Below are positions 9,892 to 20,137 of a stretch of 64,000 bases of DNA, piece after piece. Position numbers and translations under genes: made by a program. Under the pieces are notes generated by a model, which saw only the letters and a program-made list of their open reading frames with translations, searched no databases and was not told the DNA's origin. Positions within the stretch are counted from its first letter, which is position 1, and every line of letters starts with the position of its first letter. The DNA comes from Felis catus (taxonomy: Eukaryota), in the NCBI RefSeq assembly GCF_018350175.1, contig NC_058368.1:235168001-235232000 (forward strand), written 5' to 3'.

Positions 9892-12149
9892 TTCTATATT
9901 TATCATTATTAATTAGAGTACATATTTGTTAATATTTATATAATTCATAATTTATTATAAGCATCATATAATTTATAATAATGCATATTAATGAGTCATT
10001 TTTTGTCTTTGTGCACAATCTTTATTCCAAATGTTTGTTAAAATACCATCAGGCTATTCGTCAGGACAAGAGCAAAGAGCACCCCTTGCGGAAACTTAGG
10101 AACTTTGTACAGAACTTGACAGAACAGAGGACAATGCTTTGGCTGAAGCCTGACTGCTGACCAGAGAATGGAGTTCTGAGTGGACTCAACAAAGAAAAGC
10201 AAATCGAGAAGGAAAGTTGCCCATCTGAATGAAGCTTCACCTGCCAGCAGGGCAAGTCTCATGATGGTCACAGATCAGAGGCTCTGTGTTTGGAAAGTTC
10301 TAGTACAGCACAGGGGTCCCATGCCTATCTGGCTCCACCCCAGCTGAGGTGCCATTAGGTCAACGTTACTCAAATTCCTGGCCAGCCAAATGCCCACAGC
10401 AAAAAGTCCCAGACTGAGGATCAATTTCCTCTGGAAAGCATTGCTATCAGTGGCGAAGCAGAAGATGCCCTGACACCCATCTCACACATCATCCAGAATT
10501 TCGGGAGCTTCATCCGCCAAGCCATCAGTGTTCGCGCTGACCCCGCGGGGACCCACAGCAGCACCCTTGGCGTCCACGAGGCCTCCCTATTCTAGTCATA
10601 TTTTGAAGAGTTACTGCAAGATACAAAGATAAATAGATTAGCAGTAGTATATTAATAGCAAATTGGGGGGTTAAAAAATTAAGAATGAAACTCCAAAGCA
10701 CACTAAACACCATGGAGAGAGCACATCCACGACGTGGCAGTTAATGGATGCTAACGAAGGTCCATATTGCATTCAGGGGTGAGCTGAATCAACAGATGAT
10801 TCGTTGTTCTTATATACATATATACAGCGCAAAAATCAAAGGCAGCAAATAAAAAAAATAGGAAAGTGTAGCTACAATATTAGGAGACCCAAAATCTTTA
10901 TCCACGAAACACAATGTTTTCCTCTGACTGGAAAGGAGCAGACAGTTCAGCAAAATTGCCGTACAAAATGTAAGCATGCAGAAACCAGTTGTACTTCCGT
11001 TTTTACCAACAGCAACCAATTATCCAATGAAATAGAGAAATTATGCTCACACCGGGGCTCGAGGAAACGATCCAGCCGATAGTGGGCCAGACTTTCGCGG
11101 TTCTGAGAGGCCGCCTTTCCAGCCGTCACTGTAGTTCAGGGATGTTTGCAGAATCTCAGACTCTCCAAGTATGTCTGGGGGAGGGGGGGGTCCCTGGAGG
11201 GGGGGGTGTACCTGTGTTCAGAACGAAGACTGATCAGCCACATTCTCTGATGTTCTAGAAGCTTCCAGAGCTGACGGCGCAGGGGAGGGGAGGAGATGGC
11301 ACCTCCCCTTCAGGGTTACCCTCAGCTAGCTGGCTAGAACATGCAAACGGGCATCAGAGAGAGAGGATCTTTGTGGCGAGCTGCCCTTCTCCCTGCTGGG
11401 ACGCTGGAGCATTTACATTTCAAACAGAATACTCAGTATTAGTACTTGATTTTCCAAAGTACGACTTAGGGGTGAATTTGCCCTTGAAAATAAAGTGGTC
11501 ATCGCCTTACGCAAGGACGGCAGCATTCCTTTATCTCCCTATTTTCTTCTCAAATGTTATGAAATATTAAAAGCTGAAATATTGCAGATCGTTGCCAATT
11601 CCGTGGATCAGGAAGATGATGAGACGGAAAGCAAGAAATGGGAAGAAGGAGCCTGTCTCTGGCTGGGTTTTCTCTTCAGTTTCATTTTACGAGGCAAAAA
11701 TCTAAGCTAACAGACTTTCTGGTTCAAAGTCAGGATGCCTGATGATGCAATCAGACCTCTGCATTTTTACTTTCACCTTGGCCAGGTCTTCACAGGCTCA
11801 CACCAGGTGAGTTGGTGATGGACAGCATGGAGTTCTCAGAACGACGGAACCTGTGACCACTGTTGCACTGGCATCGGGTCAGGCCTGTCGGGTGAACAAT
11901 CCCTTCCCCTGGGGGGGCGGGGGTGGTTCAGGATGCTCCTCAGGTCCTCCCGCCCAGGGCCTGTGGGAAGGGACGAGGTAATTTCACCCTAAGCCTTGCT
12001 AGTTCTCTTCTGAGCCAGGGCCTCAGCAGCCTGCGTAAGCTGGCCATCTGCGCCATGATCTGGGTCACAGAGCCCACTGTCTTGGCATACAGCTAGACGC
12101 GGTCTGTTTTCGCTACATTCCTTCTTGGCGCTTGAGTCTTCTGATGAAA

Positions 12150-12510
12150 AGGGATCATTTCAGAGGTTGACAATGCCCCATAGTATAACATTTGCTGGTG
12201 ATGCAGACGTGAATAGGACAGCCGTGGCCTCCTGCTCAGCACATGGAGGAAAGCATAAATACGTGCCCAGATTGCAGCACTGTGCTATGAGAAGCATGTT
12301 CAAAGGCCATGGGGCCCCAGAAGGGCAAGTCTGGTCTGCTTAGGGAGCCGGTGGGTCTCCCCAGAAGGATGAGCTAGTGGGAAAAGAATAAGAAGCCATT
12401 TTGGCAGCGGTTTACCACGTGCATTCCCTCACTTATTCATCATCCGCTTAAAAGCACTAAGAGCCTACCCTGTGCCAGGCACGGTGCTAAGTGTTCGCAT
12501 GGGGGAGGGG
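12150..12510 (-). mobile_element. L2 3' remnants
   Basis: CACTTATTCATCAT...GAGCCTACCCTGTGCCAGGCACGGTGCTAAG matches the antisense L2 3' end. Confidence 0.55.
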
Positions 12511-12624
12511 GGGAGGGGGACAGACAAACCCTATGTCTGCATAGGCATTTCAACCAGGGTCCCAGCTGTTGAACTATCGTTTTCCAAAGCAATGGAAATG
12601 TTCCAGTTAAATGGGGGTCAAGCC

Positions 12625-12831
12625 GGGGCACCTGGGTGGCTCAGTCGGTTAAGCGTCTGACTTCGGCTCAGGTCATGATCTCACAGTTCATGAGTTCGAG
12701 CCCCACATCGGGTTTTGTGCTGACAGCTCAGATCCTGGAGCCTGTTTCAGATCCCGTGTCTCCCTCTCTCTCTGCCCCTCTCTGCTTGCACTGTGTCTTT
12801 CTCTCTCTCTCAAAAATAAATAAACATTAAA

Positions 12832-12866
<35 letters not shown>
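12625..12866 (+). mobile_element. Can-SINE (SINEC_Fc2-like) with (TAAG)8 tail
   Basis: Full body; tail microsatellite at 12832-12863; diverged TSD ending GTCAAGC. Confidence 0.95.
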
Positions 12867-12869
<3 letters not shown>

Positions 12870-12999
12870 GGAGTCAAGCTGGCCAGTCTGGATAATTTAC
12901 CAGCATGAATACTAACAGTTGCAGACTGAAGCCTGTTGGGTAAAATAGGAATCCATCATCCTACACCTTCTAGGCGGAGGGAAGACCAACCAATGCAAA

Positions 13000-13265
13000 C
13001 CCCATAACTAGAATGAGTTTGGCATGTTTGAGAAAAACTTGGGAAAAAGAGTTCATGCCTGAAAGAAAAAGGAAGCGCTAATGTCTTAATATACGTCATC
13101 CAAGTCTGTACAAAGAAATGATCTAAGAGAAAATAGGAATATAAGTAGTTCATAGAGGAGAAAACACAGTGGGAAGACAAAACATGAAAAGATGTTCCGA
13201 AAATGAATTATCAGAGGGAATCGAATGAAAATTAGGGTGTTTCTTTTACCACCAAATTAGCAGTT
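13000..13265 (+). mobile_element. Ancient L1ME ORF2 3' fragment
   Basis: AAACATGAAAAGATGTTC and flanks resemble the L1 ORF2 C-terminal region. Confidence 0.55.
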
Positions 13266-13683
13266 TGGGTTATATTTTAATTAAACGCCTATTTTGACTT
13301 CACGGAAGTTTTTAATATTGTGTTGAAATTCTAGATGCCTTTACCTGGATTGTGCTATGTTTGTAAACATAGACACGTAGAGACAGAGACAGAGAGACAG
13401 GGGAGTGGGGTAGAAAATGAGGGAGGCAGAGAGGGAATTTACAAATATTATATTATAATTGGCAATAGTTTTAATAAATTGAAAACCAGACTATCAAAAG
13501 GCTGAAAAATTTACTTCCAAATATTTTTATGAAATACAAATTGTTAAAATATTTTTAGGTTAATCTGAGATATTTTTCAATATTTTTTAAATTTGGGGGA
13601 TTTGGGAACCATGAGAATGCATTATTTGCTCATAGAGATTACTAAAAAATATCTTATATATTTTTTAAAAATAAAAACAAACT

Positions 13684-13808
13684 GGGACATCTGGGTGGCT
13701 CAGTCAGTTAAGCGTCCTACTTCAGCTCAAGTCATGATCTCATGGTTAGTGGGTTCGAGCTCCACATTGGGCTCTGTGCTGACAGCTCAGAGCCTGGAGC
13801 CTGCTTCA

Positions 13809-13845
<37 letters not shown>

Positions 13846-13945
13846 TCTCTCTCTGTCTCTCTCTGCCTTTCCCGCACTCACACTTGCTCTCTCTCTCAAA
13901 AATAAATAAACATTAATAAAAATTAATTAATTAAATAAAATAAAA
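13684..13945 (+). mobile_element. Can-SINE with internal (TG)16
   Basis: Full body; (TG)16 at 13812-13843 replaces the usual TCTGTGTC. Confidence 0.94.
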
Positions 13946-13974
13946 ATAAACTGTTACAGCAAAAAAAATAATAA

Positions 13975-14130
13975 TACAGATACACTTTCTACAGCTGCAC
14001 TTCTGGGATTTATTTAAAATAATATCAACATATTTTCCCAAAAATAAATGCACAAAGATTTCATCAACCGATGTGCTAATAGCAAAAGTCTAGAAACAAC
14101 CTGAGTGTTCACCAGGAATCGGGGGCTAAA
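13975..14130 (+). mobile_element. Ancient L1ME fragment
   Basis: CACTTCTGGGATTTAT...AATAGCAAAAGTCTAGAAACAACCTGAGTGTTC resembles the L1 ORF2 end. Confidence 0.6.
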
Positions 14131-14141
14131 ATACACCAGGG

Positions 14142-14557
14142 TAGTTTTGTGGATTGTTTCCTTTGCTGTGCAGAAGCTTTTAATCTTCATGAGGTCCCAA
14201 TGGTTCATTTTTGCTTTTATTTCCTTTGCCTTCAGAGACATGTCAAGTAAGAAGTTGCTGAGGTCAAAGAGGTTGTGGAACTTGAGAAACACAACAGATG
14301 AACATAGGGGAAGGGAAGGCAAAATAAGATAAAAAACAGAGAGGGAGGCACACCATGAGAGATTCTTAAATACAGAGAACAGACTGAGGGTGGATGGGAA
14401 TAAGGGTTGGGAGAGGGGAAAATGGGGGATGGGCATCGAGGAGAGCACTTACTGGGATGAGCACTGGGTGTTGTGTGTAAGCAACGAATCACTGGGTTCT
14501 ACTCCCGGAGCCAAGACCACACTGTATGTTAACCAAGTTGAGAATAAAGAAATAAAC
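14142..14557 (+). mobile_element. Short 5'-inverted carnivore L1 (antisense ORF2 piece 14142-14275 plus sense 3' UTR 14276-14557)
   Basis: Antisense piece encodes NLFDLSNFLLDMSLKAKEIKAKMNHWDLMKIKSFCTAKETIHKT; a sense 3' UTR follows; TSD ATACACCAG at 14131-14139 and 14558-14566. Confidence 0.9.
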
Positions 14558-14623
14558 ATACACCAGAGAATCCAAATGACAATAAGATACCACTTCATGC
14601 CCACCAGGGTGGCTACAATTTTT

Positions 14624-14845
14624 TTTTAAATTTTTTTTTCAACGTTTATTTATTTTTTGGGGGACAGAGAGAGACAGAGCATGAACAGGGGAGGGGCAGA
14701 GAGAGAGGGAGACACAGAATCAGAAACAGGCTCCAGGCTCTGAGCCATCAGCCCAGAGCCTGACGCGGGGCTCGAACTCACGGACCACGAGATCGTGACC
14801 TGGCTGAAGTCGGACGCTTAACCGACTGCGCCACCCAGGCGCCCC
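14624..14845 (-). mobile_element. Young Felis-type Can-SINE (SINEC_Fc)
   Basis: Same diagnostic sequence as the 5294 copy; perfect 18 bp TSD AGGGTGGCTACAATTTTT at 14606-14623 and 14846-14863. Confidence 0.97.
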
Positions 14846-15184
14846 AGGGTGGCTACAATTTTTAAAAAAGAAACGAAAAATACTAAGTGTTAGCAAGGCT
14901 GTGGGGAAATTAGAACCCTTGTACACTAGTGCTGGAAACGTAGAATGCTGTGCGGCGGCTGTGGAGACAGAGTTTGACAGCTCCTCAAATGGTTAAACAC
15001 AGAGACAGCGTGTGACCCACCAATCCACCTGTAGGTATAGACCCAAAAGAACTGAAAACAGGTATTCAAGCAAATAACGGGTACATGAATGATCATAGCG
15101 ACACTGTTCAATAGCCAAAAGGTGTAAATAACCCAAATGTGCATCGGGTGATCAATAAATAAACAGAGAGTGGCAAATCCATAC

Positions 15185-15621
15185 TGTCAGAGGTGGAACT
15201 GTGTCCACCTCCCGCCAATTCATGTTGGGGTCCTAACCCCGGTACCTTAGAGCTGACCTTATTTGGAAATAGGGCCACTGCAGATGTAATTAGTTAAGGC
15301 GAGGTCATGTTAGAGTAGGGTGGGTCTCTAACCCAATAGGACTGGCGTCCTTATAAAAAAGGGACATTTGGAGACAGATATACACACAGGAAGACACCAT
15401 GTAAAGATGGTTGTACCTGCTGCCATGAGTGAGGAGCACCAGAGACTTCTGGAAAACGCCCAGCAGCTCAGAAGGGGCCTTGGAACAGCCTCAGATGGAA
15501 CCAACCCTCCCTCATCCTGAGCTTGCACTTCTGGCCTCCAGAGCGCTGAGACAATAAATGTCTGTTATTTAAGCCATCAGTTTGTGATACTGTGTTATGG
15601 TGGCCCCAGGAAGCTGATACG
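15185..15621 (+). mobile_element. MLT1 (MLT1B/C-like) MaLR solo LTR
   Basis: GACCTTATTTGGAAATAGGG...GCAGATGTAATTAGTTAAG...GACTGGCGTCCTTATAA...CTGGCCTCCAGA...ACAATAAATGTCTGTTATTTAAGCCA. Confidence 0.9.
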
Positions 15622-15640
15622 TGTACAATAGGATATTGTA

Positions 15641-15645
15641 TTTTT

Positions 15646-15686
<41 letters not shown>

Positions 15687-15765
15687 CTGGAACAGGGGAG
15701 GGTCAGAGGGAGAGGGAAACACAGAATCTGAAGGAGGCTCCAGGCTCTGGGCTGTCAGCACAGAG
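15641..15765 (-). mobile_element. Can-SINE 3' half only
   Basis: (GA)n...CACAGAATCTGAAGGAGGCTCCAGGCTCTGGGCTGTCAGCACAGAG, then an abrupt return to L1MB. Confidence 0.88.
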
Positions 15766-16230
15766 TAGGTAAATCCATAGAGATAAAAAGCTGGTTCCTG
15801 CTGGCTTCAGGCTTTGGGGAGGACAGAATGGGGAGTAAACTACTTAAATGGGTTTGAGGATTTCTATTTTGATGATAAAAGTGCTTTGTGGAGCTAGATA
15901 GAGCAAGGGTTGTACAGCGTGTGAATGTAAGAAATGCCACTGAATCTTTCACTTTAAAATGGTTCACTTCCTGTTATGTGAATTGCACTTAAAGCACACA
16001 CCCACACACTCACTATAGTAGGCTCCCGATTTCCAAGAAGACTGGTCATTTGGAAAAGGGTTGAAAAAGTCGGAGGGTATCCACATGTCCCAATATGTAG
16101 AAATGCACCGACTGTTTAAGAGCAAGGTTAAGCCAACTGGCTATTACGATCCTACCAATGAAGAGCCCGTGCCTGTGTGTGACGATGTGGTTGTGCATCC
16201 ATACACATACCCATTTAGATACATTTATTC

Positions 16231-16441
16231 GGGGGTGCCTCGGTAGCTCAGTCGGTTGAGCGTCCGACTTGGGCTCAGGTCACGATCTCACGGTTCATGG
16301 GTTTGAGCCCCGCGTCGGGCTCTGTGCTGACAGCTCAGAGCCTGGAGCCTGCTTCGGAATCTGTGTCTCCCTCTCTCTCTGCCCCTCCCCCGCTCATGCT
16401 CTGTCTCTTTCTCTCTCAAAACTAAATAAGCATTAAAAAAA

Positions 16442-16481
<40 letters not shown>

Positions 16482-16483
16482 AA
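16231..16483 (+). mobile_element. Can-SINE (SINEC_Fc2-like) with (TAAA)n tail
   Basis: Full body; no obvious TSD. Confidence 0.95.
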
Positions 16484-17138
16484 TCAGAAGAGTCTTGAGC
16501 GAACACCCCACATTGTTCCAAAGATGCAATTTATCCCCAGTTCAAGTAAGCCAATGAACGGTATATAAACAAACCCCCAAGAATTAGAAATTAGTATTTA
16601 TCACTTGTCACCGCAGTGTCATCTGTGAACTCTCTCCCAGGCAGGAGCCAAGCCATCAGCTTTATGGTGTCATCAGCTTTCTGGTTACACGTCAGGAAGG
16701 TTCTGCGGGCTCTGGCTGTAAACCACATGGGACCCCTCGCCGGAGAGTGAGTGTGAGGTGCATATTCCTTCCATCTGGCCACTCCAAAGCCTTTTAATCA
16801 CCAGGAGCCACACTGCAGGACTGACAAAGGAGCCCCAGTCAAGAGGTTCTGGCTCCCAGTGGGCATTGTGTGCTCAAACTAAAACTGCCCATCTCTGCCA
16901 CAAGGTGTGGTGTTAGCTCTGAGGAGCAAGGCGGAACACAGCAGGAGCGATGGCCGCTGTTGGCAGAGGTGACCCCGCTGTCCCAGGCAATCCGCCCGGC
17001 CACTGAGAGCACCACTGTGCCACGTCTGAGTGCTGGGCTCACTGTTCCGGTCGGAAGTGGGCAGTCACGGACCTCATAGGCCACACGGAGAGCCAGAATC
17101 CTGGCCCTGGGGCCTGGGATTCCAGTGGACTCTCTTTC

Positions 17139-17395
17139 TCATTTGTTTTTTAGACATTTATCTCATCTCATCTCATCTCATCTCATCTCATCTCATCTCA
17201 TCTCATCTCATCTCATCTCATCTCATCTCATCTCATCTCATCTCAGAGAGACAGCAAGAGCAGGGTAGAGGGGCAGAAGGTGAGGGAGAGAGAATCTGAA
17301 GCAGGGTCCACACTCAATCCCAGTACTCTGGGGTCATGACCTGAGTTGAAATCCAGAGTCAGACTCACAAGCGACCGAGCCCCCCAGGAGCCCCC
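17139..17395 (-). mobile_element. Older Can-SINE carrying (TCTCA)17
   Basis: TSD CAGTG(G/T)ACTCTCTTTC at 17123-17138 and 17395-17410. Confidence 0.88.
17161..17245. repeat. (TCTCA)17 pentanucleotide microsatellite
   Basis: Perfect array counted directly. Confidence 0.97.
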
Positions 17396-18084
17396 AGTGT
17401 ACTCTCTTTCCGCCCCATGATTCCGGTGGGTACGAGGCCCTGTTCGAAGAACTTCGGTTTGCCCAAGCCTCCCAGCCCTTTCTAAACTTCTGGTCTGCCG
17501 TAATTGCTTTCTGGTTAAATAATAACTAATTACTGCTTATTGTCCCCTCCCTATGTGCCTGACCTCCCGTGAGGTGGGCAGCGCTGATGAGGGGGTGATG
17601 CGTAAGGAAGGAATGTGATGTCAAGGTTAGTGAGCAGAGATGAAAGCAGTTACTCAACCCTGGGCACCTGCCTACGTCAGCTAGGTCTTGAGAAGAGGAA
17701 CAGAAAGTGGGGTGGGGGACATTCATGTAAGTACAAGATGGAGTGCAAGCAGGGTGGTGGCTCAGCAGACATGAGGGCTGGGGACAGAGGTGACGTCAGC
17801 CCCCCAGAGCCCAGTGGACTTGACTTTGGGCTGAGCCGCTCCACCGAGACCCCAAGCCCGGGCTGAAGCTAACAATCGTCTCCTCAGTCGAGTCCCCGAC
17901 AAAGTCAGCGGACGCTGGGGGCTCTGTGGCAAGGGAACAAGTGATGCCATACAAAGAAACTCTGAGGTTCCTGCTGGCAACGCTCGGTGTCCCTGTGGGC
18001 GGTCATGTGGTGCTGCGTCTGTCCCTGCTCTCTGTCCACGCTCATCCGCTCGCCGGGGCCCCACTTGAAGGGGTGGCTGCTGGC

Positions 18085-18132
18085 ACTCTGGGGGCTCTTG
18101 TGAAACCCACTCCGGGGGCTCTTGTGAAACCC
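18085..18132. repeat. 24 bp tandem duplication
   Basis: ACTC(T/C)GGGGGCTCTTGTGAAACCC twice, one mismatch. Confidence 0.95.
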
Positions 18133-18249
18133 AAGCCCGAGACAGACGCTGCCCGGCGAGTCTGCTGTGTCCCCGCACCTTTTCGGCTCACAGGGCGGGA
18201 AAAACAGGCATCTACAAACACGTCCTCACAGACTGAGGCGTCAAGATGC

Positions 18250-18570
18250 CATGTCACAGACGACGAGGCACAGAGAGGTTACCCCGGCCACCATCACCCA
18301 GGAAGGAGGCAGCAGGGCTGGGGCACTACAGGACGCATGCTCTTAGCGAGCAGCTTATCTCAAGCAACAATGACAGCAAGTGCGTCCAGACTGTTTGTTG
18401 TAAGACAGTCCCCGTTCTTACCTCGTTAACATATGACCCCATTTCCCGACAGCCTTCTGAGGGGACTGTGGTTGTCACAGCGCTCTGAACCGTTTCACAG
18501 ATGTGGAATTAAACCACCTGCCCAGCGGCGCACGCGGCCCCTTAGGGAAGAAGTTTGACACTGGAAGATT
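18250..18570 (-). mobile_element. MIR remnants
   Basis: ACAGACGACGAGGCACAGAGAGGTTA and TTTCACAGATGTGGAA...CCTGCCCAG resemble the antisense MIR core. Confidence 0.5.
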
Positions 18571-19289
18571 AAGGGCTCAGCCCTGCAGCGACAGTGAAGG
18601 TAGGTATTTCTGTCTTTATGAGTCACTCCCTGGCACAGTCTACCCGGGAGGGTCTCCAGGACTCTGCGGTGTGATCAGCCCTGCCCCAGCCTTCCAGATC
18701 CTTCCATGTGCAGTGATCCTGGAGCTCACCACCCACACAAGCACAAGGAGTCCTCCGCACAGAGAGGACACTTACGAATCTGTCCTGGCCCGTTCCTGCC
18801 ACTGCCCTGCTCACAACCGCGTCGGACAGCCGGCAGTGGGTCAGGACAGAGGGCGTGCGCGCCCCGGAGGATGTCCTGTGCCTTCCTGTTCCTGGGCCAT
18901 CAGCAGCACCGACAGGACCTGGGGTCGTGCCTCTTCTCCCTCTGCTGTGTGGCCTCTCTGTTGCCCACACCCTTAGTTAGGTGTCAGGTTGCTGGGATTT
19001 TCAGTGACCATGGTCCCTCTTCCTTCTTTCCATTCTTTTTCCAACAGTGTGTCCCAAAGCCGCACTGAGACCATCGGGGCTGTCCCTCGTGATGACTGCA
19101 CTTTCCATGGGGCTTACGCTGGCTTTCGCCGGGACAGGGCAGGGGGCCCTCCTGGGGGCCGCTCCCCTGTTCTCCTATAGCTGCGTTCGAGGCAGAAAAG
19201 ATGCTCTTGCCGTTGTCCCCAGGCCACCCCCCCACCCCCCCACCCCCCCCCCCCCCCGCCGAGTGCAGGAAACCCCGCCTAGTGCTCAC

Positions 19290-19840
19290 AGGTCATCACT
19301 AACATTTGATGCCTTGGCTGCCTTGCTCAGCCCTGAATGGAAGGACTTTTGCATATAAAGTGCTTATGGGTAAGGATTTGGCCATTATCTCCTTACATTG
19401 CACAGCACAATCCTATCATCTCTGTGCCTTGTTTTGCCTTTTGCCTGCAATGATTTTACAGTAAATTAATCATAATCTGCTGTAATCTATTTATAAAATG
19501 GGAGAAATGAATTATAACAATGGAGAATACATAGAACCTGCCTCTTACGTATCCTTCGAAGGGAGGCTTTGTCATCCAATGAAGACATTAACATAATCTC
19601 ATTCCATTTATTGCTGACAAGGATAAACTATCCGGAAGAAAACCTGTCTAAGCGGGTGCCCAGTAACAGAAGTCCCTGCCGGGAGAGTAAGCATAGACGT
19701 TGCAGGCACGGATCTGACGGGCCGCTGGCTGCTCTCGCTGAAGTCAAATATTGGAAGTTTGTGGTGGCTCCTTCTTTTTACTCCGCTCTCTCATTCTCTA
19801 TGGATTATCTCCATGGTGTCTTTGGAAAATCAATCCCTGC
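19290..19840. promoter_or_regulatory. Candidate conserved enhancer-like element
   Basis: Repeat-free AT-rich block in GC-rich surroundings, with clustered TAAT cores, MEF2-type CTATTTATAA (19487-19496) and SOX-type AACAATGG (19516-19523). Confidence 0.35.
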
Positions 19841-19927
19841 TTGACTGAGAACAGGGTTGTGTTGCTGGAGGGGGCGGGGGGGAGGGCGGCTGCCTTTCAC
19901 TTTGTACCTGATTTTAAAAGGATAAGT

Positions 19928-20137
19928 GGGGGAGCACCAGGGTGGCTCGGTAGGTTACGCGTGCGACTTCGGCTCAGGTCATGATCTCGTGGTTCGTGGG
20001 TTCGAGCCTCTCTGACAGCTCAGAGCCTACAGAGCCTGCTTCGGATTCTGTGTCTCTGTCACTCTCCACTCTCTGCCCCCCCCCCCCCCCACCGCTCATG
20101 TTCTGTCTGTCTCTCAAAAATAATAAACATCAAAAAA
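19928..20137 (+). mobile_element. Can-SINE with internal deletion and poly-C
   Basis: Head, GGCTCAGGTCATGATCTC, tail AAAAATAATAAACAT. Confidence 0.9.

Larger units (their letters stand above)
14570..15993 (+). mobile_element. L1MB-like 3' region, interrupted by a SINE, an MLT1 and a partial SINE
   Basis: AGATACCACTTCATGCCCACCAGG...GACCCAAAAGAACTGAAAACAGG...AAATCCATAGAGA...GCCACTGAATCTTTCACTTTAAAATGGTT. Confidence 0.85.

Noticed and set aside
9125..9916. 263 aa ORF as a host gene
   Set aside because: It is a frameshifted LINE-1 ORF2 fragment in an inverted, truncated element.
17762..19358. Cluster of 100-170 aa ORFs on both strands
   Set aside because: Expected in GC-rich DNA; they overlap MIR remnants and lack consistent splice structure or homology.
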